Assembly (NCBI GenBank): GCA_048128005.1
Contig: JBEUKZ010000010.1
Coordinates: 806,001-870,000, forward strand
Source: Veleropilina oligotropha
Lineage: Eukaryota
Direction of reading: 5' to 3'
DNA: 64,000 nucleotides
Shown here: one piece after another, positions 62,246-64,000 of the stretch
How the letters are laid out: each line of letters begins with the position of its first letter
How positions within the stretch are numbered: position 1 is the stretch's first letter
Translations under genes and position numbers: made by a program
The notes under the pieces: model-generated
What the model was told of the DNA's origin: nothing
The model's input: the letters and a program-made list of their open reading frames with translations, nothing else
Databases searched by the model: none

Positions 62246-63020
62246 CATTACACTATAATATGAAAAAATTCCATTCACAACAAAATTATCAATTTAAAAA
62301 TATTCATTACACATGTTCATTTTGCACCAATATAACGAACAAAAATGCACGATAAAGCACGTATTGGTGGTTTGCGACAAGCGCATTGTTGTATATTATA
62401 GTAATATGTAAAGAAAACTGTGGTATGAATTTTGCGGCTTTGAATAAATGAAGTTATCATGAAATTTAACTGGAATTATTGCACATGAGAGCCGAGTACT
62501 TTCTGTATATTTTGTATCAATACTATAATATTCCTTGGGCCCGATGAGACAGGTTCCATTAATAACCTTATCCAGTGTTATTCCGACCACAAACACTTCA
62601 AAATACTTTCACAATTCATGTGTGCATGTTCGAACGTCACTTGACAGCTCAATGTGTGTCTTCAAAGTCACGTGTTTCTACTCGTCGACCAATTAGATCT
62701 GCGGGCACCTTGATAGTCAAATGAGCGAAGGTTCAGAAGACTAAAATTTGGACAGGCCCATCCATCATCTATTGTTGGGGCAATCTATTGGGTCGCGGTC
62801 GCGGGAACAATATATGATGGCTTGTGAAAGTCAGTCACTTTTTGACAGTTGTTCTTATTGCTTTTGAATTTGTTTGTAAAGGGATTAAGGCGCTCGCAAC
62901 GCGAAGGTATCGTGAAAGGCTAATTTTTAACTACCAAACATTGTGTGTTTATACCGTGGGGACCAAGAGACAGAGCATTTGCGGAGTTGTCGCATGCACG
63001 TTGAACATATACTCGCATGC

Positions 63021-64000
63021 ATGAAGATGACAAGTGTTTTACCGTACCCAACAGTTGCCGTTCCGATGGATCGATCATACACGACCATTTCGGAACCATT
63101 AGAACGACCATCACACGATGAAGCCACCACGAGTCTTCTAAACTTCGTAGATTCGGCCTCAAGCAATATTAAGTTGGCGCTCGATAAACCTTCCAAATCA
63201 AAACGAAAAGTCAACCATAGGAAGTATTTACAAAAGCAATTGAAACGATGCAATGGGTCTGGAGTGAGCGAACAGTCGGAATATAAACACATTCCGGACA
63301 ACGGTTCCACCATTCCGAAAGGACAGAGGCGTGAAATTGTTCAGATGGGTCTTCAGAATAAATCTCTACAAGCGTTGTTTGACCCTTCAACGTTGCACGG
63401 ATTGCGGTGTTACAACGGACATGATATGCCACCGTCGACAACCGGAATACCAAAGGTTCCCTTACGGAAACGAAAACTTCCAGCTTCCTTTTTTATCGAA
63501 CCCCGCGACAAGACGTTATCACCAGACGCATGCACCGTTAATATGCCGGCGTTGGTACCCATATTTCCGAACAATTCCGATATTTCGGTGGATACGCAGA
63601 ACACGTACACGAACTTGACAGTGGATTCCTTGGAATCTCTTCTGGGACAGCATGATTTTAGCGACCTGATTTCTGAAGCTTGGAATGATAACAGTCGAGT
63701 ATCCCCGGTTGCCCAATTTTGTTCCGGAAACATGGAAATTAGTAGTCCCGGAAACATGGAAATTAGTAGTCACGGATCCTATTCCGATTCTTCGGATGTC
63801 AACTCTCCGTCGCTTTCTGAGCAACAAACGGATTGGTCTGGATGCTATATGTCACAATTTCCAGAATCTCAACAAGATGACATTGCTGTTATACTCCAGG
63901 GCACCTATGTGGATGAACCGGTCCAACCATCGAGCAACTGTCGCCTCAACGGCGGAGAAAAACTTAGACATTTCGAAGGAACAGTCACTCCGAATTCAAA
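63021..64000 (+). CDS. FAM181: FAM181-family protein (TEAD interactor), runs off the window end
   Basis: Manual translation [10 protein letters not shown]...[38 protein letters not shown]...SLQALF...[15 protein letters not shown]; no stop up to 64000. Confidence 0.92.
   Translation, partial: MKMTSVLPYPTVAVPMDRSYTTISEPLERPSHDEATTSLLNFVDSASSNIKLALDKPSKSKRKVNHRKYLQKQLKRCNGSGVSEQSEYKHIPDNGSTIPKGQRREIVQMGLQNKSLQALFDPSTLHGLRCYNGHDMPPSTTGIPKVPLRKRKLPASFFIEPRDKTLSPDACTVNMPALVPIFPNNSDISVDTQNTYTNLTVDSLESLLGQHDFSDLISEAWNDNSRVSPVAQFCSGNMEISSPGNMEISSHGSYSDSSDVNSPSLSEQQTDWSGCYMSQFPESQQDDIAVILQGTYVDEPVQPSSNCRLNGGEKLRHFEGTVTPNS

Noticed and set aside
63211..63827. ORF-track ORFs near the window end
   Set aside because: Shadow frames of the FAM181 ORF

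Overview
AT-rich animal (probably invertebrate, e.g. mollusc-like) genomic DNA; no prokaryotic operons, rRNA or CRISPR. Two host genes are visible on +. The first is the last four coding exons of an FRMPD1/3/4 (Preso)-like scaffold gene (16713-45532, with a 23-kb last intron). The second is the start of an intronless FAM181-family ORF (63021 to the window end), which the ORF track misses. The rest is mostly mobile DNA: a 4.4-kb foldback Academ (XPG-nuclease) derivative with ~2-kb arms, an apparently intact DIRS1-type tyrosine-recombinase retrotransposon, a young Gypsy LTR element with one RT frameshift, a dead Tc1, Penelope fragments with hammerhead-like motifs, CR1/L2 and RTE LINE fragments, a tRNA-headed SINE family and several MITEs. 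The most notable observations are (1) DIRS gag and YR ORFs in one frame separated by a single amber stop followed by a stem-loop, (2) G3-C8 variant hammerhead motifs in Penelope ends, (3) the Academ foldback with asymmetric termini and a TSD, and (4) a canonical -1 frameshift signal in the Gypsy element. Family assignments are from motif recognition, not database searches.
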